A stretch of DNA of 64,000 nt from NCBI GenBank assembly GCA_965644315.1, contig CBFFRQ010000018.1:1284044-1348043 (forward strand), read 5' to 3'. The translations under genes were made by a program, and so were the position numbers. Below, one piece after another: positions 35,054 through 47,600 of this stretch (its first letter is position 1; each line of letters starts with the position of its first letter). Below the pieces are notes generated by a model that ran no database searches, was not told the DNA's origin, and saw only the letters and a list, made by a program, of their open reading frames with translations. The stretch is from Caecitellus pseudoparvulus (taxonomy: Eukaryota; Protista; Bigyra: Bicosoecida).

Positions 35054-35585
35054 ATCGCAGCACTTGACAGGACGCTTGCCCGAGCGAGCTTGAAACAGGG
35101 CCTGGTAACGTTTCGAGCCCTTCCCTAAGCCCCTCCACCGATTGGTATTGCCCCCCTTGCGGTGGCAGGGGGCTTTGTGGGAGGCACCTGCTATCCCTTG
35201 AGCCACCCACGGGCATGGGGCTTGGTGAGCTCCAGGTGTCGCCAACTTAGGCAACTCACCAGTGGCTTGATGAAGTCAACCACCACTCGGGTGTCCACGT
35301 GTCACGCCATCCTTTGACTTCACAAACCTCGGCTGCCCAAACTGAGACAAGGAAGGCCACCTCGGCTCTCCAAACTGCGCTCCGCCAACCTGATCCAAAA
35401 CCGCAGCACTGTAAATATACATCTGCGCATGTCCAATTTTCGTCTGCACCCCGTCACTTTACTTTGCACGCTGCGTGGGTCTCGAGTGCGAGCTACACAG
35501 CTTCGCCAGGCCCCAGTGTGCCTTCGGCGTTTCGTTGCTGGCTGTGCTACTCTGGCCAGGTCTCCGCTTGCGTGCTTGAGGGGTC

Positions 35586-38364
35586 ATGACAGCTCCAGCT
35601 CTCGTGCAGAGGGCAATAGAGCTTGTAGACTCGTTCAACCCCTCCACACACACGGTCGATGCGCACGTCACTGCGGTTCTCGGCGACATTGACGAGGTGA
35701 GTGTCGCTGCGGCGCGCAACATTTCTGCTGGCCAAGGCGTGCCAGCTCCAAGCGCACACACTTCGCCGTTCCTGCTCAGACGGAGGAGCATGACAAGGTG
35801 TTCCTGCAACAGGTCTTCTATGGCATCGAGAGACGCCGGAAAGTTCTGGAGGTGCGTGGGACAGCAGGGGGCTCCAGCCAGCCTGGCTCTGACTTGCCAC
35901 ACGTGCCCCTCCCCTGCAGACGTTTCTGTCAGCGCTGTACCACCTGCACGGGAACTTGCTGCAGCGATCCCAGCATACTCGGTTGATGGTTGTCGCGTAC
36001 TTGCTCATGTTCCGCGTGGACGAGCTAGGGTGGAAGAAGCTGCAGGTCATCCTCGGCAGCCAGGACGCCACATCCATGCACCTGCTGGTGGGCCTTGCCA
36101 TGGACGATGCTCGCATGCACGAGTGGGTGGTGGACACGTGGGCCCGCACACTGGACCGCAGCTACATCGAGGGCACGATTCTCGCCCGCCTGGCGCGGTA
36201 CCAGCACTCTGCAGCAGCCTGGATGGAAGCGACCCGCCACGCAGCCTTTGGCGCCGAAGGTGGAGCGGGCTCTGCGGGGCGGGGAGCCGTTGCCTCAGGT
36301 GGGGGCCCCTCTCCCCCTGCTTCGCAGGCGTCACACGGGCGGCGCTCCAGCAAGGCGCGCCGCAAGCCGCCGACAGAGGCACGCCCCTTCAACTTGACCC
36401 AGGCCCGGCCACGAGTCCTGCCCCAGCCCAAGCGGCTGCCTTCGCCGAAGGGGCTGAAGGCGAAACCCATCCCGCAGTCCCTGCACCGCACTAGCCTGGC
36501 AGAGGTGGAGGCTGCGAAAGCGCTGCGGAGGGAGGAGCTGCGGCTGGCAGCTGCGTCCAAGTACGACCCGCGGCACGTGCCCGCGCTGACAGAGAGCAAG
36601 AGCAACCTGCAAGAGCTGCAGGCTGAAGCCCGCGCACGAGAGGACGCGCAGTTGGACTTTGACCGCCCCAAGGCCCGCCCCGTGCCGCGCCTGCCAGCGG
36701 AAGGTGCCGACGTCAAGCTCAACGCGGCAGCCATCCTGCGCGAGGAGGCGTTGTTCCGCAAACGGCAGCAGAAGGAAGCCAAGGTGGTCGCAGAGTACGA
36801 AGCCAACATGCGGGATGCGTCTGAGTTCAAGGCTTGGCAAGCCAAGGCCAAGGCTGCGGACGATGCGGCAGCTGCGGCGGTGGTGGCGGCACGGCACGTG
36901 GCGCTGGCGGAGTCGGCAGCCACCGTCGCTGCCTCCCAGCGGCGCAAGGTGGCGGGGAATGCGCGCATCGCCCGTGCCGTGCGCCGGGAAGGGGAAGCCA
37001 TCAAGCGCCACCGCGACGCAGAGGCGGCCGCCGCCACTGCCACCAAGCGAGGCATGGCGGAGGCTGTGAAGCAGCACCGACAAACCGCCCCGGCGGCAGC
37101 CGTCGCAGCCGTCGTGGAGGCCAAACGGGCCTCGGCGGCACAGCTGAAGGCGGAGAAGGCTGCTGCCGAGGCAGAGGCGGCGGCGGCCCGTGAGGCGGAG
37201 GCGGCGGAGAAGGCGGACATGATGGCCCGCATCCAGGCGCTGGAGCGGGCGCCGGCCCGGCACTTCAAGGGCTTCGACCCGTCTGAGGCGTACGGGTATG
37301 GTTTGTTGGAGGAGATGAGCCTGGTGGAGATGTCGGCGCGGCTGGACCTGCTGCGGGCCCAGCGCAAGGAAGAGGAGGAGGCCAAGCGGCGAGGCATCAT
37401 GGCGGAGAAACGCAAGGCAGCGGACGGGCTGGCAGCCAAGCTGGCCACCCTGCGCAGGGTGCGCTCTGCCGCGGCAGATGTGAACCGCAGCGCGCGGGCG
37501 GCCAAGCAGCGCGCGGCAGCGGAGGAGGCCGCCACGGCGCAGGCCGCCCGTGCCAAGCGGGTGGTGCAGGTGTCTGAGAAACTGGCAGCCAAGCGCCAGC
37601 GTCAGGAGGAGGCACGGGCGGCGGCTGCCGCAGTGGAGGCGCGTTCGCGCAAGCAGGCGCAGTTCTTGGGCGAGGCCAAGTCGCAGCTGGAGCAGGCGCG
37701 CTTTGACGAACAGCTGGCGGCGAGGGAGCGAGCGGCGAAGCAGCGGGCGGCTGCAGCTGCCAAGGCTGCCGATGCCGCCGCCCGTGCGTCGGCGACGGAC
37801 GCCAAGTCAAAGCAGGCGTACGCGCAGGCCAAGCGCAGGCAGGCCAGTCGTCGTGCAGCCGCTGCCGCCGCCAAGGCACAGGGTGAGGCGGACGAGGCGG
37901 CGGAGTTCCTGGCGGCTGAGCGGCAGCGCAAGAAGGCGGCCTTTTTCACCCAGGCGGCGCGGGAGGGGCGTCTGGCTGCCGTCCGAGACGCCGCAGACAC
38001 GTACTCTGCCTCAGTGCGTGCCGTGCGCAGCGAGGCGGCGCGGGCGGCGTGGGGGGGCGTGCCCAGGGCGGAGCAGGCGGCACAGGCCATGGGCGCACGC
38101 ATGGAGCGGCTGAGCGAGGCGGAGGTGCAGGGCCTGGGCCTGGCGGACACGGTGTCCCGGCAGGTGGCGGCGCAGGCTGCCGTGTCCCGGCGCCTGCTGG
38201 GCATGGAGAACCCGCTGGTGGCGGCGGGCCTCACGTCAGCTGGAGTACGAGAAGGCGGCTTCAGCGGCACCCTCAGCCTGGCCGCCCAGTCAGCGGCGGA
38301 GGGCTCCGCCACCGCCGCTCGGCAGCGCGCCATCCGCAGTGCAGGCACCAAGCGCCTGCTGTAG
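35586..38364 (+). CDS. CFAP99: Cilia- and flagella-associated protein 99-like
   Basis: Introns 35697-35779 and 35852-35919; FLQQVFYG, YLLMFRVDELG, TEARPFNLTQARPR, VKLNAAAILREEALF, YGLLEEMSLVEM, long coiled coil. Confidence 0.85.
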
Positions 38365-38391
38365 TGTGTGTGTGGAGAAGGGGGGGGGGGG
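38364..38391. repeat. (GT)5 plus G12 simple repeat between two convergent stop codons
   Basis: gtgtgtgtgt at 38364-38373; G run at 38380-38391. Confidence 0.8.
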
Positions 38392-38406
38392 CGCAATGCA
38401 TTGGCG

Positions 38407-39319
38407 TCAGAACTTCTCCACCTGCAGGATGCCCTTGCCAGTGCGCAGGAGGCGGTCCTTCTCCTCCAGGATGGCCTTCTTGCTGGCGACACGCCCGCGG
38501 GCCGCCAGCTCCTCCCGGATGCGGCGCTCCAGGTCCGCCTCCCACTGCTCCTTGGTGTCCTTGTCCACGCGGAAGGCGCCCTCGTCCTCCCCTCGCCACA
38601 GGTTGAACAGCTTCTGGCGCTTGACGCGCTTGCCCTTGGTGGCGCGGCGCCGGCGCATGAGGCGCACAGTGCGCAGGAGGGGCGACGACAGCTTGTAGTT
38701 GGCCATGAACACGTCGTCGTCCAGGCGGTTGATGATGGTGAAGCTGCTGTCGATGCCCTTGTTGTACCGCGCGATGACGGTGCCGCGCACGGTGCTGCTG
38801 CCTTTCGTGCCCACTTGCTCGGCGTACTGCACGTGGAGGCAGTGGTGGTGGCTTGTGTGGGGCGTGCCACGTAAGGGGGTCGGCGCCTGCAGGTGCAGGC
38901 CGAGCGCGGAGCCAGCGCACTCACCGTCAGCTCAATGGCATCGCCAACCTCGAAGCGAGGGAAGGGCGGCCGGAACGTCGCCATCTTTGCTGCCAGGTAC
39001 TGCTCGTGTTCAGCTTTGGCGGCGGCCATCGTCTGCGTGGCTCTGTGGCCCAGGGAGGCGGGGGCACGTGGGGGAGTGGACACCGTGCCTGAGCGGAAAA
39101 TGACGGCACACTCGGCCAGCGCACTGCTGCCACGCACCGCTTGAGATCGCTGTAGATTTTCTTACGGGGCACTGCTGGCACCTCGGGCATGGTGCCCTCC
39201 GCAGCTGCAGCTGCCGCAGCACACATCATGCGTGCAGGAGCTTGCAGCGTGAACGTCCTGCATGCTGCTCCAGCTGCCGCCGCTGCCGCGGTGGAGCCCA
39301 CTCGGCGCACGGCCTGCAT
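38407..39319 (-). CDS. MRPL19: Mitochondrial ribosomal protein bL19; 3 exons
   Basis: Arg/Ala-rich presequence; FPRFEVGDAIEL, GTVIARYNKGIDSSFTI, SPLL, VKRQKLFNL. Introns 39137-39043 and 38924-38827. Confidence 0.85.
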
Positions 39320-39664
39320 GGCGTATGGAAGTGGGTCTGCGTGAGACGCGCGTGCCGAATGACGCGATGGCGCAGGCCCAGCAGAAGCTACGTCCACTAT
39401 GCCTGCTGTTGAGTGGAAGTGGCTGGAAAGGCTCAATGAGGTGCGATGCGGAATTTGCAGGAGGCTTGCCGCCTCCAGCATTCCTACGCAGGGGGGCAAT
39501 GCAGCTGCCCACCCCACAATTCACAGTGCCATCTCTTCCACAGCGGTGATCAGCACCCTGCCTGTTGTCGTGCACTCCAGCTCCTGCCTGTGCGTGTGAA
39601 GGCCAGACCCGCCACTGCACCTGCGACACCAGCGCACACCATCTCCGTCCTCACAGGCACCACC

Positions 39665-40366
39665 ATGGCCTCTTTCGGCGCCCGCGTGCGCGCCTTCATG
39701 GGCCGCCAGACGTACAACTACTATGCTGCGTCTGCCCGGTACTACGCCGACCACGGTCACGGGTGCGTGCGAGCGCAAGCGTGCCTGGAGCGGAATCTGC
39801 TCCTTGCTGAGCCGCCCGCCAGCGCCGTCGGGTCAACCTTCACCGTCTGCGCGCGCCTTGCCGCAGAGTCAAGCCCATCCTGCATCTGTACGCGGCAGCA
39901 ATGATCGCTGGCATCCTCACGGAGTCTGCTGAGCACAGTGCGTCTGCTTGGGCGACTGCTGTGCTGAAAGCCTGCAGCTGGTGTCACTTCTCGGCCCCTG
40001 ACTGCCCCCTGCACAGACGCCAAGGAGTACAACTCCGAGTACAAGCACCGCAAGGACGTCATCGCCGCCCACTCTGCGGAGTGCGCCGCTGAGGAGCGCG
40101 AGTTGGTGGAGCTGGACCGCAAGGCACTGTCCGAGTCTGCCTTCCGCGGCCGCAAGGGGCAGCTGCCCGAGTGCGTCACCATCACCAAGAACGGCGTCCT
40201 GCCCGCCGCCATGAAGATCGTGACGGCCCTCACCGACCCCAAGGCGTACGCCAAGGAACATAAGGAGGCCTTCTCTGTGGCAGTTGCCAAGGAGTTCGCA
40301 CCCGCCGGCAAGGAGGCGGCTGCCGTGCGCATCGCCCAGGCTGCCTTCCCCCAGGACCGGGCCTGA
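39665..40366 (+). CDS. Small single-TM protein resembling mitochondrial ATP synthase subunit f, with a C-terminal extension
   Basis: Introns 39763-39866 and 39938-40016 give YNYYAASARYYADHGHGVKPILHLYAAAMIAGIL, which resembles the Y-rich/P-x-x-H/TM pattern of subunit f. Strong C/G third-position bias. The gene is well supported; its identity is tentative. Confidence 0.5.
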
Positions 40367-40404
40367 GCTGTCACCAATGCATCCACCCACGTAGGCATGT
40401 GCAT

Positions 40405-41454
40405 TCACACCAGGTCTGCCGGGTCCACCAGCGTCTCCATCTCCACCCAGGACTTGGGGCGGGGCGTGTCCCGGAAGCAGAAGCCTGTCAACGCCTCGGG
40501 GTCGGGGTAGTGGATGCGAGTGGGCAGCAGCCACAGCAGGGAGAAGCCGTCTGTGTCCTCTCCCCCGAAGACCTCGGCGAGGTTGGCCCACACGTTGGTG
40601 CTGGCGTTGGTGTTGTGGCCCTTCAGCCGGTCGATGCCGGTGGTGTTGGTGAAGATGCTGTTCAGCTGGTCGCACAGCATGCACAGCGTGAACAGCCCGA
40701 ACAGCACCGCCTCCACGATGAGAGACACCATGAAGCCCACGCTGGTGTGCCCACACTGCGCCCGAGTGCACGTAGCCAGCCGCACCACCACCAAGCCCAG
40801 CGCCGTCAGGGACATGAGCATGGTGTACCCCACGAACAGCAGGAAGAACTTCTGGTTGGCCAGCCCCACGCAGTTGTTCACCCAGGGGCAGTGGTGGTCC
40901 ATCTTCACCACACACCGGTTGCAAATGCGGCAGTGGTGGGCTCGCAGTGGCTTGAACGCGTCACACTTGCTGCATGTGTGGCGGTAGTGGTCAGGGTCCA
41001 CTGGGCGGGCATCCTGAGGCACGCAGCCTGGGTCAGACAGCATAGCTGCGGCGGCAGCGCACCCGGCAAGAAGTGCAGCTTGCACGTGAGTGCAGGACGT
41101 GCGAGCTGGCGTTGCAGGCGCCCCAACGCACCTCTCAAGTGGGACGACATTGCCAGGAAGTACAGCACCAAGAATGAAACGTTGATACACGTGCCAGCAG
41201 TGGTGCCCCCCAGCCATGGGTTCACCACTTGCACCTGAAGAGCACGCGTGGGGGTTGGCACTGAGTTGTCGAGAGTTTCACGGGCGAAACGCCAGGGCAC
41301 CCACCAGCGTCACGTAGGTCCCAAAGGCCTGGAGACCCTGCGTCAGGACGGCGGTGAAGAGGCCACAGCCATCAAGGTTGATCCACAGCTTGTTGGTCTC
41401 TGCAGTGCCGCAGCCCTGCTTGGCCAGCACTGTGCGGCGCACTGGCCCAGTCAT
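40405..41454 (-). CDS. DHHC palmitoyltransferase (ZDHHC3/7-like); 3 exons
   Basis: DGCG, SDPG, CSKC..KPLRAHHCRICNRCVVKMDHHCPWVNNCVG, NTTGID. Introns 41304-41235 and 41131-41046. Confidence 0.95.
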
Positions 41455-41607
41455 GCTGCTGCCCCTTCCGCTTGGCGCCTGCAGCACACACGCGTGACGG
41501 GGGTCACCTGGTGGGAGCGAGTGAGCCTGCCCGCCCCCTTGCAACTCTGAGTTTGTGAAAGTAAATTGTATACATCAAACACCGTCGAGCCCGGCGCGGC
41601 AGCCGCC

Positions 41608-44600
41608 CTAGCTCGTCTGGTCAGTGGCATTGTACACGCCGTCGGTGTACAGGGCCGCACTGGACACGGCTCCCGCCCGGAGGCGCGAGTTGCGGGCGTG
41701 CTGCACATTGCGCCCCACTGCCACGTCGTGGTCCTTCCACCACTTGGTGAACTTGCGGGCAGTCGTGTACTCCCTCAGCAGCGACACCACCAGGCGCTTG
41801 AGCTCCGGCACCTCATGCACGGTGTGCGGCGACACCAGCAGCAGCAAGCCGCGCGCAGCCAGCAGGCTCTCTCCCAAGTAGCTCACCAGGGGCCACAGGA
41901 GGAAGGCGATGGCGACGGGGATGAGCACAGCCGCGACGATGTTGGCGATTTGGAAGGCTGCCCGCATGTCCACGAGGGCCGTCACGCTGGACCTGTACAC
42001 CGCGACACTGAGGCGGCCCAGGGCGTGCCGCAGGTGCTGCTCCTCGAGACTCACCCACTCCCGCAGGTCGGCCTGGAACACCTCCGCTTGGGCAGGGGAC
42101 CACCAGGAGCTGTTGGTGGTGGGCGACGTGCTGTTCAGCAGGTCCGCCGCCGTCGCGTTGATGGCGAGGCCGTCCAGTGTGCCCAGGATGCCACTGCCTT
42201 CAGACAGGTACCTGAACATGCCCTGCTGCAACCCCCGCGCCAGCAGTCGGTGGTGGGTCGTGCGGCAGTGCTCTGCATGCAGCGCTGCCAGGGCGCCGAT
42301 GGAGCCCAGTGCCGAGGTGTCCTGCGAGGCGCCCGCTGCCAGGGCCTGGGCGCCTTGGCAAGCCTCCTTCGTCAACAGGGTGTGCGCTGTGGACCCAGGG
42401 GGCAGGACAGGGATGCAGCCGTCCAGCACAGCGTTCCCCGTGGGCCGTTCAAAGAGACCCACACAGCCCCCATGCAGCAGGGTGGAGAAGTAGTACTCGT
42501 TCAAGTCCGCCTCCCGGCGAGCGATGGCGATGGCAGTCTCCCGGGCGATGCCGGTGGTCGCGAGGGCGTCCGACACAGCGACCTGGAACCTGGCGCTGTG
42601 CAGGGCCAGCTGTTGCACAGTGTACATGCGCTGGCTCTCCTGGGACAGGTTGCGCAGAAGGTTGGCATCCAGGGCGAACATGATGGAGATGTACAGGACA
42701 ATGGCCAGCAGGGGCGTGGAGATGACGAGGAAGGAGCAGGTGAGGAAAGAGCTCATGTCCGTGTGGTACCGTGCACCGGCCAGGCCGTCCTCCCGCGACC
42801 ACGTCTTGCGGTGCTTGTTGGACGCAGCCAGTGGCGTCTGGCGCTTGGCGCTCTTGTCCTCCTTCCCGTTGCCCGCCGACACCGCCGCCGTGCCCTCGCT
42901 GGTGTCCTCACGGCCCAGTGCAGCGCGGTATGCGTCCAGCGCCGCTGCTGCTAGTACTTTCACGTGTTCCTGTGGCAAGAACAGCATGGTGGCGAGGGGC
43001 TCGAAGCGCAGCTGCTGCAGTGCTGCTGCCGTGAAGGAGGAGCGGGCCAGCATGAACAGCGCTGGCAGCAGCATGGCCACCAGCAGCACGGTGATGTCTT
43101 GCAGCCACATGTAGTCGAAGTAGGCTGCGGCGTCGGTGCCCTTGGCAAGCTGCGTGTCGTTGTACGCCTCCAAGATGGTCGTCTCCACGTTGAATGCCAG
43201 GGCAGTCGTGCGGGGCGAGGAGCCGTCCAGGAGCAAGTCTTCCCACCGCAAGGACGCGTTGTCCGCCACGAAGCCCAGCTCCAACTGGACGTACTGTGCC
43301 GCCTGCGTCACGGAGTTCGGCGCCGTGGCAAGGTTCTCCAGCGCCTTCAGGGCTTCGGCATCCAGCGCCGCGCCGCCGGACAGCCCCCCCGAGCTGGACT
43401 CCTGCGCCAGTGTGGGGGAGTTGATGCGCACGCCGGGGCCGCCAGCCGACACCTCCCCCACGTCGCCGTGCACCCACTCGCGGTACAGACTGTCAAAGTC
43501 CCGGACCTGCCGCGCTTCCAGCGTCACACCGGACACCAGGTGCACCGTGCCAGGGCGGGTGAAGGCTGTGTCTTGTGAGCCTGGGCGCGGGCGGAAGTCG
43601 ATGAGTTCCCGTGCATCCAGCAGCTGGCTCTCATCCAAGTCGTTCAGGTACGTTCGGACGGCGCCCAGGTCCCCCATGTAGTGTGCAAAGACGGTGCTGT
43701 TCACGCCCAGCCCCGTGAAGAAGCCTGCGGAGACGATGAGCTGCCGGGCCGCCAGCAGGTAGCGCATGCGCTCCCCCGCCCGCCACAGGGACTCTGCGTG
43801 CTTCACCATGAGGTCTTGGAAGGAGAGCCAGTAGGAGACACCGCCGACGATGCAGAAGAGCAGGAGAAGGATGGTCCACACGATGAAGATGCGCTGCGTG
43901 AGGCGCACGGGGACGAGGTCGCTGCCAGTCTGCCCGTCCAGCACCTGCCGCAACAGGCGCGTGCGGCTCTGCAGGGACTTCACCGTCACGCGCCGAAGTG
44001 CTGCCGAGTCCCCCGACGCGTTGCTCCACACGCTGCTGCTGGCGATGCTGCCTGCTGCACGGCTGCCCACGGACGCCGCCCCTGTCGGGGTGATGGTGCG
44101 GCCCTTGCTTGGGAAGGTGGTGCGCACGGGGGGGGGCGCCAGGGACAAGCCTTGACGCGAACGGCTACCAACTCCCCGGGCGCCAGTGGCAGTTCCACTG
44201 GCGCTGCTCGTCCGCCGAACTCCTGCAGAGGTCGCCGTGGACGCTGCGGGTGCGGGCTTGGCGTCCTGCCCGATGCTGACGGGAGTGGTCTCCGCCTGCC
44301 GAGGCAGCAACAGGGGCTTGGAGGCAGCGGGAGCAGGACTCGGGACAGGTGCAGATCCAGGGACATCTGAAGCTCGAGGGGGTGGACCAGGTGGCTTCGG
44401 GCGGGGCGGCGCCCGAGGCGCACCTCGTCGGGAGTGCATGGGCGGCTTAGGCCCGGTGTCCCCCTCGCCGCCGCCGCCGTGGTGGTCAGCAGACACCCCT
44501 TCCTCGGACACCAGGCTGTCTGTGCGGACACGTGCTGCTGAGCCGCTGGCAATGCCCCCCGCCGCCGGGCGCTCCTCGCCATCCTTCGCATCCGCTGCAC

Positions 44601-47600
44601 GCAGGGCGTCTGACGTCAGGCGCCCTTCTGAGCCCTGCGGGGACGAAGACCGGAACCGCCCGCTAGGGGACGTCGGCACTGACCCACTGGAGGAGCGCGT
44701 GTGGCCTCGTGGGGAGCCGTCTTGGTCAGGGTCGAAAGACGTGATGCGTGAGTCGTCTGTGCTGCTGCGCCCGCCGCCTGCCTGCAGGGAGTACCCGCCC
44801 ACGGACTGCACTGCGCCGCCCGAGAGACTGGTCACAGTGACGATGGCGTAGGTTGTGTCTGAGCCAAGCCCGGCAGCTGAGCCGCTCGCCGTGCGGCTGG
44901 CGCGGTGGTTGGCCCGCAGGTCCACGACGGAGCCGTCCGGCGCCAGGGCTGGCATGGCCTGCACCGTCACGCGCACGTCGTCCGACAGCGCCATGTCCGT
45001 CACTTCGTCAGTGGGCCCCGCCCCCGTGGACAGCAGCAGTCGCACCAGCTCTGCTGAGCGCAGGCGCACCTTGCTGCCAGCGACGACAAAGGAGCGCCCA
45101 GCCGCGCTGGCGCCTGTCGCCTCCTCCCCCTCCCGCATGTCCATGAAGCCGCCATGCAAGTGCTCGTGCTCGACGTAGCCTGAGCCGAGGCTCTTCAGCA
45201 GGTGCCGGCCGAACGAGGTGGCTGCCCGGCGCAGGGTCTTGTGCCGCAGCTTGCGCGCAATGTGCGGGATCCACACCTGCACGTGCTGCTGCATGGAGGT
45301 CATGGCAGCGGCCTCCGTGCCCAGCAAGGCATGCATGGATGCGGTGGCTGAGATCCAGGTGGTGGAGCCGGCAGAGGCAGGCGCAGGGCTGGCCCCAGCC
45401 CGGGCGTCACCCTTGCCCTGGTGTTGAGGGGACGGCGTGGTCATGCTCGCACCGCCCTTGCCGCCGAAGAACCATGTCGGGTCTTGCCCTCGGGGACTCG
45501 CGGCGGCGGTGCTGTCGATGCGGGACCGCGCGCCGCCGGCACCAGGGCCAGGGCTGCCTCCGAAGAACCAAACATCAGGGGGCCTGCCGCCCCGCCCTGA
45601 CAGGGCTCCTGTCGGCGCCTGCATGGGGCGGTGGGCGGGGGACTCGTCCCCTGCGCCTCCGATGCTGCGATCCAAGGACTCGTCCAGGGCCACGCGCGTG
45701 GAGGCCAGGAGCTGTGCAGAGTCCTTGGCGCCGCCGTCACCCGTGATGGCCACGACCGCCAGGGCCGTTGACCCAGACATGATGAGGGGACGCACCAACA
45801 CCGCGAACCGCGGGTCTGGCGCGCCGCCCACTGCAGGTGGAGCCTCTTGCAGCATGACCGACACTGGCACCAGCTCCCCCGACAGCTTCACGACGAGGAG
45901 GTGTGCCCACATGTACAGCAGGCTGTCCACGCGGGACGCAAACTTGTGCACTGCGTCGCGTGACAGCAGGCCCAGTGGTGGGGGCAGCAGCCGGGTGATG
46001 GTGGTGCCCACCAAGTCTGAGCGGGCGGCGCCGAACACGCGGCAGGCGGCTGCGTTGGCGTCCAGGATGGAGCCCGCGTCCACCTGCCCCCCCGACACCA
46101 GCAGGACTCCCACTGAGTCGTCCATGTTTGTGCCGGAGGACGCCGTGAGGGTCATGCTCATGCCCGTGTCCATGCTGCTGCCCTCGGCGGAGGGCGCCTC
46201 CAGCAGCTTGAACAGGGACACCTTGGCGTGTGCCGACGCGTGCACGATCTCATCCAGCTTCCGGGCCTTGTCCAAGTGCTCTGCCGCCTCCTCCTCGTCG
46301 TGCAGCTGGGCGAGGAGGAAGTTGGCGAAGGCCCGGTGCACCTCGGGGGAATTCCCGTTCAGCACCAGCATGCGCCGGAAGTGGTACTCCGCCCCCGTGC
46401 GGTGCTTGCGGAAGGCGATGGCGAGGGCGTGCAGGGCACCCAGGTCAGGCGGCGTCCGCGCCAGCTCTGTCCACACAGCTGCTGCCACCCTGAACCCAGC
46501 CACCTCTGCGGCCCGTGCGCCCGCCATGTGCCGCTCAAACAGCAGCCGGCGCGCACCTGAGACGACTGCAGAGGACGCCACACTGCCGGTGTGCTGCAGG
46601 TACAACCGCCTGTGAATGACGTGGATGGAGACATCCAGCGCAGCGCTGCCGGCGCCGGTCTCCGACACCCGCCACGCCTGGGCCAGCAGGCGCAGCTCCA
46701 TGTATGCGGAAGAACGCACGTGCCGGGAGGCGTAGAACATGGCTGCTCGCAGGGCTCCCACGTACGAGGCAGGGTACTTGGCCAGCAGGACCGTGTAGCC
46801 TTGCTCGGCCTCCAGCAAGAAGGCCTTGCGGCGGGGGGCGGAGGTGAGGGCGTTGGCGCGGTAGTACGCTGCCGAGCCCAACCAGCCCCCCGCGGCTTCG
46901 TCCAGCTTGTCGGCCTGCAGCGCTGAGCCGCCCAAGGCCAGGTGCCCCTCCCAGTCGTCATCGCCTTCCTCCTCCCAGCCGGCACCGAGAGCTGACGCTG
47001 GCCCTGCCCCTGACAGAACAGACGAAGCATGGTGCTGCCCAGGGAAGGGGGACGATTCCCCGCGGCTGCGCCCGCCGCCAGGCAGCAAGGGCGCCGAGTC
47101 CCCAGGGTTGGAGGACATGCGCGAGCGACCAGGGCCGATGGAACTGCTGGTGTTGGTGCCGGTCCGGCTGCGGCGTGGCGCTGGCGTAGTGCGGGACACC
47201 CGGCGACGGCGATTGGCAGTGGATGCCTTGGCGTCAGCCTGCAGCGCCCCTGACGCGTCCAGCATGGCCAGGCCCCAGTAGGCGAGGCCAGCACCCCTTC
47301 GGGTGGCAATGAGGAAGCGGTACTGCGCCCAAGTGGCGATGTCCCCTTCGCTGGTGACCTTGTCCAGGGGTGCAGCGAGGATGGCGGCCCGGCGAGCCTG
47401 GGAGATGAAGAAGCCACCCAGGGCGACGATGGGCAGTCCGAACAGGACGAGGGGTCCGATTTCTGCGTCTGGGAAGAGGGTGCCCAGCAGGGCGCAGAAG
47501 ATGGGCCAGGTGATGGCGAAGTAACGAGCCGTGTGGAAGTCCTGGGTGATGAAGGAGAGAGACTGCGAGTTCAGCACCATGGGGAAGAACATGAGGGCCT

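Noticed and set aside
36162-38400. Long Ala/Arg/Ser-rich minus-strand ORFs
   Set aside because: Antisense of the CFAP99 coiled coil; only the segment near 38925-39042 of the 37602-39137 ORF is a real bL19 exon.
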